Assembly: GCA_003731685.1 (NCBI GenBank)
Contig: RCNO01000004.1
Location: 2,222 to 66,221 of the forward strand
DNA length: 64,000 nucleotides
Direction of reading: 5' to 3'
Source of the DNA: Bacteroidetes/Chlorobi group bacterium MS-B_bin-24
Lineage (GTDB): Bacteria; Bacteroidota; Ignavibacteria; Kapaibacteriales; UBA2268
The notes under the pieces were generated by a model. It saw only the letters and a list, made by a program, of their open reading frames with translations. It made no database searches and was not told where the DNA came from. The position numbers and the translations under genes are program-made. Below are positions 50,726-59,082 of the stretch, piece by piece. Within the stretch, counting starts at the first letter, position 1, and every line of letters begins with the position of its first letter.

Positions 50726-53110
50726 TTAAAAGCCCAATTCGATTCCGACGAAGAAGCTTCTTTCCGCTGCGGGGAAAAATTCTTTACCTTCGGCGCCAGC
50801 TGCATAGAGTTTATTGAGTAAGTTCCTTATTTGTATTTTTAAAAGTAAATCTTCGATGATACCAATGTTCTTAAATGTGTAATTTGCGTCGAAATGCATA
50901 ACGAAATATGGGTCGAGCTTATTATCGGCATAATAATCGCCTCGATATCGAAGATGCTCAATAAGTTTTTGGTTTGTGGCTAAAAGGTCGCCGTAGTTAT
51001 CAGTTCGATATTCTCCGACATATTGCCCAATCAGAGATACAAATAAGTTTTTGAAAGTATAGGAAATAGCAAAGTTTCCCATAACTTGTGGGAATCCAGA
51101 TATCGGATTTCCTTTAAAAGAGATGGTTGAACCGTCGTAAGTTACGAAGTTATAATCCACAATTTCGTTTTTGGAAAGAGTTGCGTTGCCCGAAAGTTGC
51201 AGTTTACCATATTTATTGTCGAAAACACTTGCCGTTAGTTCAAGTTCTAAGCCAAAGTGTCGCGTTTTTGGGATATTTTCCTCGACAGGATTACCGAATA
51301 TGTCCAATCTCCCTGTTTTAACAAGCTCATCTTTGTAATCCATATAGAATATGTTTGCATTTGCTTCGATTGTGTTGAAGAGATTGAGATTAGTTCCGAA
51401 TTCAATGTCGAGCAACTTTTCGGGTTTAGAAATTGGCTTTGAAAAATCGAAAAGAATCTCATTCCCAACTTGTTTAAATTCAAACTGGGGCTTTGCACCA
51501 AAGTAGGAATCTTCGGCACGATAAAGATTATGCATTCTGGGTTCTCGGGATGTATAAGCAACAAAACCGAAAAAGTTAATATCCGAGTTGAGTTTGTAAT
51601 TAACTCCAAGTCTGGGATTAAAGAAAAGGTATTTTATATCGAAAAGGTATTTATCTCCACCAACCAAGTTTCCATTGATGTCCTTGAAATAAACATACTT
51701 GTCTCGTGCCTCTTCGTTTTTCAAACCGTATCTTTGGTAAGTTAATTGCCCTTCTAAGAAAAGCGAAAGTTGTTTGTTTAATACGAGTTTTTCCCTTGCA
51801 AAAGCTGAAAAAATGTCTCGCACTCCGTTGTTTGAATAAACTTTGCTGTCTGGGTCATAATTTTCGGGTAATAATTCAGCATAGCGAATCTTTCCCCAGT
51901 GTTCGGAGCGGTGTAATCTGAGTTCCAAACCTGCTGTTAGTTCATTTTCGCCGTGAGTCCAAACAATTCGAGGAATCCAACCGCCTTGCTTGTTTCCAAC
52001 AAAAGCCCGAAAAATTGTTCCAGTTGGGTTCGCATTTAAGCTATATCCATATTCTGATGTAAGTCGAAGCATAGTTGTGTCTGCCCAGCTTGCATCGTAA
52101 TCGAAATAACCATCACCTGTGTAGTAGAATAAAGCCGATAGAAATCGCAAGGATGAGGAAATTTTCCATTCGTTCAAGATTTCATAATGCGGTTGTGAAA
52201 ATTCTTCAATTTCCTGCTTCCTTCGTTCAACCGAAAATGTTACAATTTTGCCAGTCGAATCGTATTCCCAATAGCTCAGGTTTAACCTTCTCATCTTGTA
52301 ATCATTGATGTAATCTTTGGGTAAACCATTGTAGACCAAACCGTCGGTTAAAGGACCTCCGAATATGTTTATTTGGGTGGATAGATTCTCGTCGAATCGA
52401 GATGCACTAAAGAAGTAGCTATTTAAGAGAGCATAAGAGTGATTGCGATAGCCAAGCGAATTGATTTTAGAAAGCCTTCCGTAGAATGCGTAGTTATTTA
52501 TCAAGCCAGAAGAGAATTCAACAGCAAATTTGCTAACATTTGGATGATATTTTGTTTCGTCATCGTAACCAAATTGCTGCCAACCAATACCAGAAAAGAT
52601 TTTTACACCTTGCTTATTCAAATAGTTCCCCGTGTTAAAGTTGATTGAACCCCCAATTGCAGCCTGTCCATAGTTATTCAATCCAGCACCTCGCTGAATT
52701 TGAATTTGCTGAACATTTGGGAGGAAGTCGGGGAAATCAATCCAGTAGACATTGTGGTCTTCGGGGTCATTTTGAGGAATTCCATTAATCAAAACCGAAA
52801 TTCTTCGTTGATTGAAACCACGCATCGTAAGATTCGAATAGCCAATGTCGTTTCCACTTTGCGAGAATGTGATAATCGATGGCATTTGGCTCAGAAGGCG
52901 AGGAATATCTTGTGTTGTGTAAATGTGCGAGAATTGGGAGTAACTGATTTCGGAGAATGGCACGGGAGTTTCGCCGCGTATCGCTCGAGTGGAAGTAACA
53001 GTAATGCTCGGGAGCGTATACTTTTTGAGTGTGTCGCTCGCTTCCTCCGAAGCGAATGCGGTAAATGTTACCGCAAAGCAAATTGCCAAAAAGAAACTCT
53101 TTTTAAACAT
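50726..53110 (-). CDS. TonB-dependent receptor under TPP-riboswitch control (putative thiamine or thiamine-precursor uptake)
   Basis: Signal peptide MFKKSFFLAICFAVTFTAFA from the ATG at 53110, plug (ITVTSTRA, NLTMRGFNQRRISVLINGIP), and a barrel ending FFVGIELGF. A TPP riboswitch lies directly upstream. Confidence 0.85.
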   Translation of the reverse strand: MFKKSFFLAICFAVTFTAFASEEASDTLKKYTLPSITVTSTRAIRGETPVPFSEISYSQFSHIYTTQDIPRLLSQMPSIITFSQSGNDIGYSNLTMRGFNQRRISVLINGIPQNDPEDHNVYWIDFPDFLPNVQQIQIQRGAGLNNYGQAAIGGSINFNTGNYLNKQGVKIFSGIGWQQFGYDDETKYHPNVSKFAVEFSSGLINNYAFYGRLSKINSLGYRNHSYALLNSYFFSASRFDENLSTQINIFGGPLTDGLVYNGLPKDYINDYKMRRLNLSYWEYDSTGKIVTFSVERRKQEIEEFSQPHYEILNEWKISSSLRFLSALFYYTGDGYFDYDASWADTTMLRLTSEYGYSLNANPTGTIFRAFVGNKQGGWIPRIVWTHGENELTAGLELRLHRSEHWGKIRYAELLPENYDPDSKVYSNNGVRDIFSAFAREKLVLNKQLSLFLEGQLTYQRYGLKNEEARDKYVYFKDINGNLVGGDKYLFDIKYLFFNPRLGVNYKLNSDINFFGFVAYTSREPRMHNLYRAEDSYFGAKPQFEFKQVGNEILFDFSKPISKPEKLLDIEFGTNLNLFNTIEANANIFYMDYKDELVKTGRLDIFGNPVEENIPKTRHFGLELELTASVFDNKYGKLQLSGNATLSKNEIVDYNFVTYDGSTISFKGNPISGFPQVMGNFAISYTFKNLFVSLIGQYVGEYRTDNYGDLLATNQKLIEHLRYRGDYYADNKLDPYFVMHFDANYTFKNIGIIEDLLLKIQIRNLLNKLYAAGAEGKEFFPAAERSFFVGIELGF

Positions 53111-53192
53111 ATCGCACCATACGAATAGTTTAACATACAAACTATCCGTTTGGAGGCTGTTGAAGAGGAATTACCTGGAATGTAGGGCTTTG

Positions 53193-53280
53193 GTCCGTTT
53201 CCCTACGCCGGTATTACCCGGATCAGGTTCCAGGGGTATCCTCTCAGCCCAATCGTCTGATTGAGCACCCCCAACGGACA
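53193..53280 (-). promoter_or_regulatory. TPP (THI-box) riboswitch
   Basis: The minus strand reads CCGUUGGGGGUGCUCAAUCAGACGAUUGGGCUGAGAGGAUACCCCUGGAACCUGAUCGGGUAAUACCGGCGUAGGGAAACGG. It contains the GGGGUGC, CUGAGA, ACCC, ACCUGAUC..GG.UAAU.CC.GCGUAGGGAA core, closed by a CCGUU/AACGG P1 helix. Confidence 0.9.
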
Positions 53281-53582
53281 AATGCAAAATTAATAAATTT
53301 TGGAATTAAAAAGTTCAAACAAACTTGAAAATCATTTAAATTTTTCTCTTGCTTCTTCAAATCATACATCCTAAGCAATGCTTTAACTCTGTTAATTGAG
53401 GTAATTTGTTGCATTTAAAATATCAGAACCTGAAAGTGGCAACTTTTGCAAATCAAATGTTAATATTTTGTTTGGTTTTTGCAAATATTTTGTTAACTTG
53501 CTCCTTTTTATATTTTGTTTGTTGTTTAAAAATGAATTTAATTTTTAGGTATTCAGTTTTGTTTTAAAATTAGAAAGATGAT

Positions 53583-54689
53583 ATGAAAATTTCAAAATTC
53601 AATTTTCGCCTTTTAGCGCTTGGTTTTGTTTTTTGGATTATTGGTTCTAATTTTTTGTTTTCTTTGGAACTGAACAAATCATTTGAGATTAATAACTTAA
53701 GTTACCTTTCCTATTCCATTGGCTTTTCCGATGGAAAAATCCAAAACAATCAGTTCAACGTCTCTCGCTCCTATTTGACTTTTAGATATTCTTTGTTCGA
53801 CTTTTTGAGCTTTCGAATGACTGTGGATACAAGGCAGGATGAAACTGGTGATTTTAAAGCACTATTAAAATTTCTTTATGCAAATTTTGTTTTCAAAGAC
53901 ATTTCCTTTCTGGTTAAACCGAATATCCAATTTGGTTTGGTTGAAAATACTTGGCATTGTTTTGAAGAAAACATTAACCTTTATCGTATGCAAGGAACAA
54001 TGTTCATCGAAAGGGTTGGTATTTTCAATTCCGCTGAATTTGGAATTACTTTTACAAGCCTTTTGGGTGGCAAAATGGACGAAGAGTATCAAAAAACTGT
54101 TAACAAAAAATTTCCCGGCAAATATGGAAGTATTGCATTAGGTGTTTACAATGGGGGTGGTTACCATTCTTTTGAAAAAAATAAAAATAAAGTTTTTCAA
54201 AGTCGATTAACTTTGCGACCATTGCCAAAATTTGTTCCAGGTTTTCAAATCTCATATCTTGGGATTTTTGGTAAGGGGAACCAACCCGAAATTGATACGT
54301 TGAGGAATTCACCTCCCACCTGGGTTACTCACGATGTTTTCCTTTCTTTTGAGCACAAAAAGTTTACTTTTACTTTGCAGTATCTTGATGGAAAAGGGAA
54401 TCAATTTGGCAAAATGGTGGACAGTATAAATAATTCAATTAAATATCGTGGTTACTCTGCCTTTGCCGAACTGAAACTTGATAACAACTGGAGAATTATT
54501 GGTAGATACGACTTTGTCGACCCCAACACGGAGATTGATAACAATAACGAACAGAGACTGATAGCAGGTATTGGATATAATTTTGGCAATGGAAATATTC
54601 TTATTCTGGATTATGACCGAAGGATGTTCCAAAACTCGAGCAAACCAAGCGAAAACAGCCTGAAATTAACGATGCAGATTAACTTTTAA
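53583..54689 (+). CDS. Putative outer-membrane beta-barrel porin (OprO/P-like)
   Basis: Signal/TM N-terminus, alternating-hydrophobicity strands, aromatic girdle residues, and a terminal ...LKLTMQINF. Confidence 0.5.
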   Translation: MKISKFNFRLLALGFVFWIIGSNFLFSLELNKSFEINNLSYLSYSIGFSDGKIQNNQFNVSRSYLTFRYSLFDFLSFRMTVDTRQDETGDFKALLKFLYANFVFKDISFLVKPNIQFGLVENTWHCFEENINLYRMQGTMFIERVGIFNSAEFGITFTSLLGGKMDEEYQKTVNKKFPGKYGSIALGVYNGGGYHSFEKNKNKVFQSRLTLRPLPKFVPGFQISYLGIFGKGNQPEIDTLRNSPPTWVTHDVFLSFEHKKFTFTLQYLDGKGNQFGKMVDSINNSIKYRGYSAFAELKLDNNWRIIGRYDFVDPNTEIDNNNEQRLIAGIGYNFGNGNILILDYDRRMFQNSSKPSENSLKLTMQINF

Positions 54690-54799
54690 TCTGCATTGTC
54701 TTTAATCCAAAATATCAAGATTTGTTTTTTAAGGAATAACTTTGATTTACATTTAGTAATTTTGCTTTTGTGAAAATGTTTGTTTATAAGGAGCGATTA

Positions 54800-55118
54800 A
54801 TGGCAGATTTACCTAAACACTATCGAAATTTTATAGAAAACTACCCAGAAGTTGCAAAAGCATATGAAGCACTTGGCAATGCTGTTCACACCGCTGGACC
54901 GTTAGATTCAAAGACTCGGGCGCTGATTAAGCTTGCAATATCGATTGGCGCAAGGTTGGAGGGTGCTGTTCATTCTCACGTTCGAAAAGCGTTGGAAGCA
55001 GGATGCACACCCGAAGAGATTTGACAAGTTGCTCTGCTTTCGTTACCAACAATCGGTCTTCCTTCAATGATGGCTGCATTAAGCTGGATTGATGATATTA
55101 TTGAGAAAAAAAATGATT
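54800..55118 (+). pseudogene. Carboxymuconolactone decarboxylase (CMD/AhpD-like) family gene interrupted by an in-frame TGA
   Basis: AAGGAG-N7-ATG start. MADLPKHYRNFIENYPEVAKAYEALG...KALEAGCTPEEI, then TGA (55022-55024), then 31 further in-frame codons QVALLSLPTIGLPSMMAALSWIDDIIEKKND. These complete the usual CMD C-terminal helices. Confidence 0.6.
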
Positions 55119-55635
55119 GAAAGTTTAGTAAATCTTTTCTGGGCTTTCGTTAAAGTTGGTTCTTTTTCTTTCGGTGGAGCTTATTCATTAATTCCATTGA
55201 TTGAAAAAGAAGTTGTTAAAAATCAACAGTGGTTAAGTCACGATGAGCTTCTTAAAGTACTTGGAATGGTTGAAATATTTCCCGGCGCCATTTCTATAAA
55301 GTTTGCAACATACACTGGCTATAAAACTGCCGGAATTCTTGGAGCTGTTGCAGCAAATCTTGGGAATATTTTTACTCCGGCAATATTGATTTTGTTAAGT
55401 ACTTACGTTTATTCCATTTATGAAAACAATGTTCTTGTAACGAAAGCATTCAACGGAGTTAAGTACGCTGTTATTGGAATGATTGTAGCAATTATGTTTC
55501 AGAATGCTGGTAAGAATGGAAATCGTTGACAGGAATTTTCGTTACTCACAGTTGGTGCAACGTTGATATTTTTTCAAATTTCAACCAGCATATGTGGTGC
55601 TGATTGTAACAGTGATTGGAATTTTAATTTTATGA
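55113..55635 (+). pseudogene. chrA: Half-size chromate transporter (ChrA family) gene with an in-frame TGA and a 1-nt homopolymer frameshift
   Basis: FVKVGSFSFGGAYSLIPLIEKEVV is typical of ChrA. The ORF stops at TGA 55527-55529. It continues as QEFSLLTVGATLIFF, and after the T6 run at 55569-55574 the +1 frame gives KFQPAYVVLIVTVIGILIL-stop (55635), the expected ChrA C-terminus. Confidence 0.55.
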
Positions 55636-55647
55636 AGAAAGAAATTA

Positions 55648-55730
55648 ACAACGAAGAGGACAAAGAAATTCACAAAGTTGAATGCTTTGTGCACCTTTGG
55701 GATGAACTTGGTGTTCCTTTGTGGTAAAAG
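55648..55730 (+). repeat. Inverted heptamer-array element A (CAC[A/G][A/G]AG / CT[T/C][T/C]GTG) in the moaA leader
   Basis: CAACGAAG-GACAAAG-CACAAAG ... CTTTGTG-CTTTGGG-CTTGGTG-CTTTGTG-GTAAAAG. Positions 55701-55730 are 26/30 identical to 57800-57829. Confidence 0.7.
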
Positions 55731-55737
55731 AAATAAT

Positions 55738-56733
55738 ATGAAATTAGTAGATAACTTCAACCGAATTCACGACTACATTCGTATCTCTCTGATTGATAAA
55801 TGCAATCTGAATTGTATTTACTGCAATCCATCAAATTCTTTTGCACGATTTGAATCTAACAAGTCAATTTTAACTTACGAAGAATTGTTTCGACTGATAA
55901 AAATTTTTGTTCGTGATTTAGAGGTAAAAAAAATCCGATTTACAGGCGGTGAACCACTCATTAGAAAAGATGTGATGAAATTTTTTGAAATGACTTCATC
56001 ACTTAAAAATCAATATGATTTTGAAATCGGAATTACAACTAACGGAACTCATCTGCTTGATAAACTTGATTCGCTCCTCAACTTTGGTGTTGAGAGATTG
56101 AATATTAGTCTCGACACTTTGAATAAAACTAAATTTATTGCAATTACCGGCAGAAATTATCTTGATGAGACACTCACAGCAATTCAAAAAGCAGTTTCGA
56201 TGAAATTCAGATCAGTAAAAGTGAATGTGGTCGTTATCAAAAATATTAATGATGATGAGCTGAGTGATTTCGTTGAGTATTTCAAAACATATCCAATCAC
56301 ACTAAGATTTATTGAGTATATGCCATTCACCGGTAACCAATGGGATGACTCGAAATTTTTAAGCTGGAAAGAAATGAAAAGCAGAATAGAAGAAAAGTTT
56401 TCCTTAACAGAAATTCAAAGCGATGGGAAAGTTTCCAAAGATTATTTTGTCAATAGCTCAAATTTGAAAGTTGGATTTATCAGTTCTATATCAGATCATT
56501 TCTGTGATAGTTGTAATCGTCTTCGCATCACAGCAGCTGGACAAATAAAAAATTGTCTCTTTTCAAATCCATCAGATTTGAGTTTAAAATCTTTATTAGC
56601 CGATGAAACTATATCAGATGATATGATTATTGAGTTTATAAAAAATTCATTGCAATCAAAATGGTTAAAGCATCCGAGTGTCGATGAATTGTTAAAACTA
56701 AATCAAAACAATATGATGAGTATAGGCGGATGA
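55738..56733 (+). CDS. moaA: GTP 3',8-cyclase
   Basis: Radical-SAM CNLNCIYC, RFTGGEPL, and a C-terminal CDSCNRLRITAAGQIKNCLF cluster. The ATG at 55738 is preferred over the upstream TTG, which lies inside a repeat element. Confidence 0.9.
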   Translation: MKLVDNFNRIHDYIRISLIDKCNLNCIYCNPSNSFARFESNKSILTYEELFRLIKIFVRDLEVKKIRFTGGEPLIRKDVMKFFEMTSSLKNQYDFEIGITTNGTHLLDKLDSLLNFGVERLNISLDTLNKTKFIAITGRNYLDETLTAIQKAVSMKFRSVKVNVVVIKNINDDELSDFVEYFKTYPITLRFIEYMPFTGNQWDDSKFLSWKEMKSRIEEKFSLTEIQSDGKVSKDYFVNSSNLKVGFISSISDHFCDSCNRLRITAAGQIKNCLFSNPSDLSLKSLLADETISDDMIIEFIKNSLQSKWLKHPSVDELLKLNQNNMMSIGG

Positions 56734-57209
56734 AGAAAAAATTATCACACATTAACAGTAAAGGCAAAGCAGAAATGGTTGATGTTTCTGTAAAAGAAAT
56801 ATCAACACGAACAGCCGAAGCGTACGCCGAAGTAAAAGTATCAAAAGAAGTTTTTAACGCAATCAAAAACAATTCAGTAAAGAAAGGCGATGTGCTTTCA
56901 ATTGCAAAGTTTGCCGGCATTCAAGCCGCAAAGAAAACGAGTGAATTAATTCCACTTTGCCATAATATCTTTATATCTAAAATTGATGTTGAATTGAAAT
57001 TGAATTCCCAAAAGAAAACTGTCGAAATAAAATCCTTTGCAAAAACTACTGCACAGACGGGAATTGAAATGGAGGCATTAACTGCCGTTTCGGTTGCTGC
57101 ATTGACTGTCTATGATATGTGTAAAGCGATTGATAAGTCAATGATCATCAGTGAAATTAAATTGTTAAGTAAAACCGGAGGAAAAAGTGGAAACTATTTT
57201 ATTAAATAA
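56730..57209 (+). CDS. moaC: Cyclic pyranopterin monophosphate synthase
   Basis: LSHINSKGKAEMVDVS, KGDVLSIAKFAGIQAAKKTSELIPLCH, GIEMEALTAVSVAALTVYDMCKA. Confidence 0.9.
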   Translation: MKKKLSHINSKGKAEMVDVSVKEISTRTAEAYAEVKVSKEVFNAIKNNSVKKGDVLSIAKFAGIQAAKKTSELIPLCHNIFISKIDVELKLNSQKKTVEIKSFAKTTAQTGIEMEALTAVSVAALTVYDMCKAIDKSMIISEIKLLSKTGGKSGNYFIK

Positions 57210-57213
57210 CTCA

Positions 57214-57294
57214 GTGGTTCTCCGTGTTTTTCCGTGTAATAAGAATAATTACACGTCGAGCCGCAGAGAATTCATAGAGAAACAAAGAGAAGGA
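57214..57294 (+). repeat. Inverted heptamer-array element C (diverged) in the leader of the MOSC gene
   Basis: CTCCGTG-TTCCGTG, hairpin CGTGTAAT/ATTACACG, then CGCAGAG-CATAGAG-CAAAGAG-AAGG ending at the SD-like GAAGGA. Confidence 0.5.
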
Positions 57295-57300
57295 ATATTT

Positions 57301-57798
57301 ATGAATAACATAGAGACAAAAGAATTACCCTTAAAAGTTGAAACTAAAAATGTAATCGGCAAAGTTGTTGCAATATCCATCAGCAAGAAAAAGGGAATAC
57401 CAAAGACAAATGTTCAATCAGCAAAGTTGATAGAAAACTTTGGAATTGAAGGGGATGTTCACGCTGGCAACTGGCACAGACAAGTTAGTTTTCTTGCGCT
57501 CGAAAGCATTGATAAAATGCGTGAGAAAGGATTGCCAAATCTTCGTCCCGGCGCATTTGCTGAAAACATTACAACAGAATTTCTTGAATTGCCGGACTTA
57601 GAGGTCGGTACACGAATGAAAATAGGAAAAGAAGCTGAACTGGAGATAACGCAGATTGGAAAAGAATGTCACAGCAAGTGTGCGATCTTTTACAAAGTTG
57701 GGGATTGCGTTATGCCGCGAGAAGGAATTTTTGCAAAGGTAGTTCGTGGCGGAGAAATATTCGTAGGTGATGAAATTAAAATACTTAGTGTACCTTAG
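57301..57798 (+). CDS. MOSC domain-containing protein
   Basis: GKVVAISISKKKGIPK...GIEGDVHAG...RQVSFLALESI...PGAFAENITT...EITQIGKECH. The ATG at 57301 is preferred over the track start at 57187. Confidence 0.8.
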   Translation: MNNIETKELPLKVETKNVIGKVVAISISKKKGIPKTNVQSAKLIENFGIEGDVHAGNWHRQVSFLALESIDKMREKGLPNLRPGAFAENITTEFLELPDLEVGTRMKIGKEAELEITQIGKECHSKCAIFYKVGDCVMPREGIFAKVVRGGEIFVGDEIKILSVP

Positions 57799-57799
57799 T

Positions 57800-57875
57800 G
57801 ATAAACTTCGTGTACCTTTGTGGTAAAAAATTAACCACGAAGGGCACAAAGGTAGTCACAAAGAACACAAAGGAG
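57800..57875 (+). repeat. Inverted heptamer-array element B in the moeA leader
   Basis: CTTCGTG-TAC-CTTTGTG-GT aaaaaatta AC-CACGAAG-GG-CACAAAG-GTAGT-CACAAAG-AA-CACAAAG-GAG. There is a 10-bp stem CCTTTGTGGT/ACCACGAAGG. The last unit supplies the AAGGAG SD for moeA. Confidence 0.7.
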
Positions 57876-57879
57876 AAAT

Positions 57880-59082
57880 ATGATAAACTATAACGAAGCA
57901 CTTGAAATAATTAAAAGCGAATTTGAAAAATTAACTCTTCACACTGAAGAAGTTGATTTGCTTGAATCATTCAATCGCATACTTGCTGAAGATGTAATTG
58001 CTGATGTAGATTTACCTCCATTCGATAATTCAGCGGTAGATGGCTATGCAATTAAATTTTCAGAAAGAACTCAATGGAAAATAATTGGCGAAATATCAGC
58101 CGGAAATTATTCCTCATTCACTTTAACTGAGAACGATGCAGTACTTATTACAACCGGAAGTAAGCTTCCACCGAATGCCGATACAATTATTCCAATTGAA
58201 GATGTAGAGGTGAATGGCAATGTTCTTTCCCTGAAGCAAGATGCTTTTTTCAAAAAAGGAATGAATATTCGCAAACAAGGGAATGATTTAAGAAAAAATG
58301 AAATTGCAGTTTATTGCTTCACAAAAATTGATGCAAAGACTATCGCAGTTCTTGCAAGCTGCGGAAAAGAAAAAGTAAAAGTTTATTCTAAACTCAAAAC
58401 TGCGATTCTTGCAACCGGCGATGAACTGATTCCAATCAATGAGAAACCGCTTGATGATAAACTTCGGGTATCAAACAATTATTCTCTTTATGCTGCAATG
58501 AAAGAAATGAATCACATGGTCATCAATCTTGGTTTCGTAAATGATGACAAAAAAATAGTTACAGAAAAAATTAAATCAGCTTTAGCATTGGATATTGATT
58601 TACTTATCACAACCGGTGGAGTATCAGTCGGCAAATATGATTTTCTAAAGGAAGTTTTTGAGGAGCAAGGCGTGAAAGAAAAATTTTGGAAAGTAAACAT
58701 CAAACCCGGTAAACCGATTTACTTCGGATCGTATGAAAAAGATGAAAGAAGAATTTTAGTATTTGGTCTGCCCGGTAATCCAGTTTCTTCGCTTGTAAGT
58801 TTCTATGTATTCATAAAGCCAGCTATTAATTTCTTATTCAGACAAAATGAAATGAAAAGTGTAACAGCAACTTTGCAGAATGATTTAAAGAAAAAAGATG
58901 GAAAGCGGCATTTTTTGCGAGGAATATTATTTGAAGAAAATGGCGAATGGAAAGTCATCTCTGAGTTTTCTCAGTCATCCGGCAATCTTGTTGAAATGGG
59001 TCGCGCAAATTGTTTAATTGAAATTGAAGAAGATAAATTGAATCCGAAAAAAGGAGAAAGAGTGAAATGCATTCTCATATAA
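57880..59082 (+). CDS. moeA: Molybdopterin molybdenumtransferase
   Basis: PPFDNSAVDGYA, TGDEL, ITTGGVSVGKYDF, KPGKP and GLPGNPVSS motifs. Confidence 0.9.
   Translation: MINYNEALEIIKSEFEKLTLHTEEVDLLESFNRILAEDVIADVDLPPFDNSAVDGYAIKFSERTQWKIIGEISAGNYSSFTLTENDAVLITTGSKLPPNADTIIPIEDVEVNGNVLSLKQDAFFKKGMNIRKQGNDLRKNEIAVYCFTKIDAKTIAVLASCGKEKVKVYSKLKTAILATGDELIPINEKPLDDKLRVSNNYSLYAAMKEMNHMVINLGFVNDDKKIVTEKIKSALALDIDLLITTGGVSVGKYDFLKEVFEEQGVKEKFWKVNIKPGKPIYFGSYEKDERRILVFGLPGNPVSSLVSFYVFIKPAINFLFRQNEMKSVTATLQNDLKKKDGKRHFLRGILFEENGEWKVISEFSQSSGNLVEMGRANCLIEIEEDKLNPKKGERVKCILI

Noticed and set aside
53291-53582. The long AT-rich gap between the riboswitch and the porin gene as a possible ncRNA or mobile-element remnant
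   Set aside because: I saw only promoter-like AT-rich sequence for two divergent transcription units. There are no inverted or direct repeats and no conserved RNA motifs.
55022-55024. Selenocysteine insertion at the in-frame TGA of the CMD/AhpD-like gene
   Set aside because: - The TGA is not at a redox CxxC/CxxU position. This protein has GAVHSH where the Cys motif would be.
- I see no convincing SECIS-like hairpin in the ~40 nt downstream.
- No sel genes are present in the window.
55530-55737. Moco riboswitch upstream of moaA
   Set aside because: The leader lacks the conserved Moco-motif core as I remember it. It consists instead of the chrA 3' remnant plus heptamer-array element A.
55678-55737. 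N-terminal extensions given in the ORF track for moaA (55678) and the MOSC gene (57187)
   Set aside because: The extensions start at non-ATG codons and run through the repeat elements. Conserved family N-termini begin at ATG 55738 (MKLVDNFNRIHDYIRISL) and ATG 57301 (MNNIETKEL...).
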